From the sequence record DRR723986_8204: DNA of 34,958 bases, one strand, 5' to 3'. A program made the translations under genes and the position numbers. The notes beneath the pieces were generated by a model. That model did not search any database. It was not told where the DNA came from and worked only from the letters and a program-made list of their open reading frames with translations. Within the stretch, counting starts at the first letter, position 1. The number at the start of each line of letters is the position of its first letter. Positions 34,927-34,958 of this stretch are shown one piece after another.

Positions 34927-34958
34927 TGGTTGCGGGGGCAGGATTTGAACCTACGACC
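34927..34958 (-). tRNA. 3' part of tRNA, most likely initiator tRNA-Met (truncated by the window edge)
   Basis: Reverse complement GGTCGTAGGTTCAAATCCTGCCCCCGCAACCA gives a T-arm (GTTCAAATC) and an acceptor end with CCA typical of tRNA-fMet. The anticodon is outside the window. Confidence 0.85.

Noticed and set aside
1-34958. CRISPR array, IS element, prophage, rRNA or riboswitch
   Set aside because: No regularly spaced repeats, transposase, integrase or phage genes, or recognisable structured-RNA motifs were seen by eye; a covariance-model search was not possible.

Overview
Chromosomal window, probably from a betaproteobacterium of the Burkholderiales type; the taxon is inferred from gene content, not determined. 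1-9 kb holds housekeeping and metabolic genes: malate synthase G (partial, missed by the ORF track), a GMC oxidoreductase, an S4 protein, a DCC-thioredoxin/Coq7 fusion, an acyl-CoA desaturase with a DesT/FabR-like operator, rdgC, an HExxH lipoprotein and a BtuF-like protein. 9-20.5 kb is a minus-strand R64-like type IVb pilus cluster (pilL-N-O-P-Q-R-S-V) with no conjugation genes, no pilM/pilT/pilU and no shufflon in the window. It is followed by a Tat-exported M15 peptidase and a tightly linked pair: a double-HTH protein and a divergent RES-like protein. The major pilin gene has its own sigma70-type promoter and a downstream hairpin. 20.9-26.2 kb holds an Ahr-type aldehyde reductase, a molybdopterin oxidoreductase, and a SenA/OvsA-like sulfoxide/selenoxide synthase with a stand-alone OvoA-type N-methyltransferase (a candidate ovoselenol or ovothiol pathway without adjacent senB/senC). 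26.2-34.9 kb is a run of small regulator/enzyme cassettes (MerR, ArsR-like/YhfC, LysR/RidA, CGNR zinc finger/hydrolases) ending at the 3' end of tRNA-fMet. Several candidate operators can be read directly, including a duplicated TAACC-N19-GGTTA site next to the CGNR gene.
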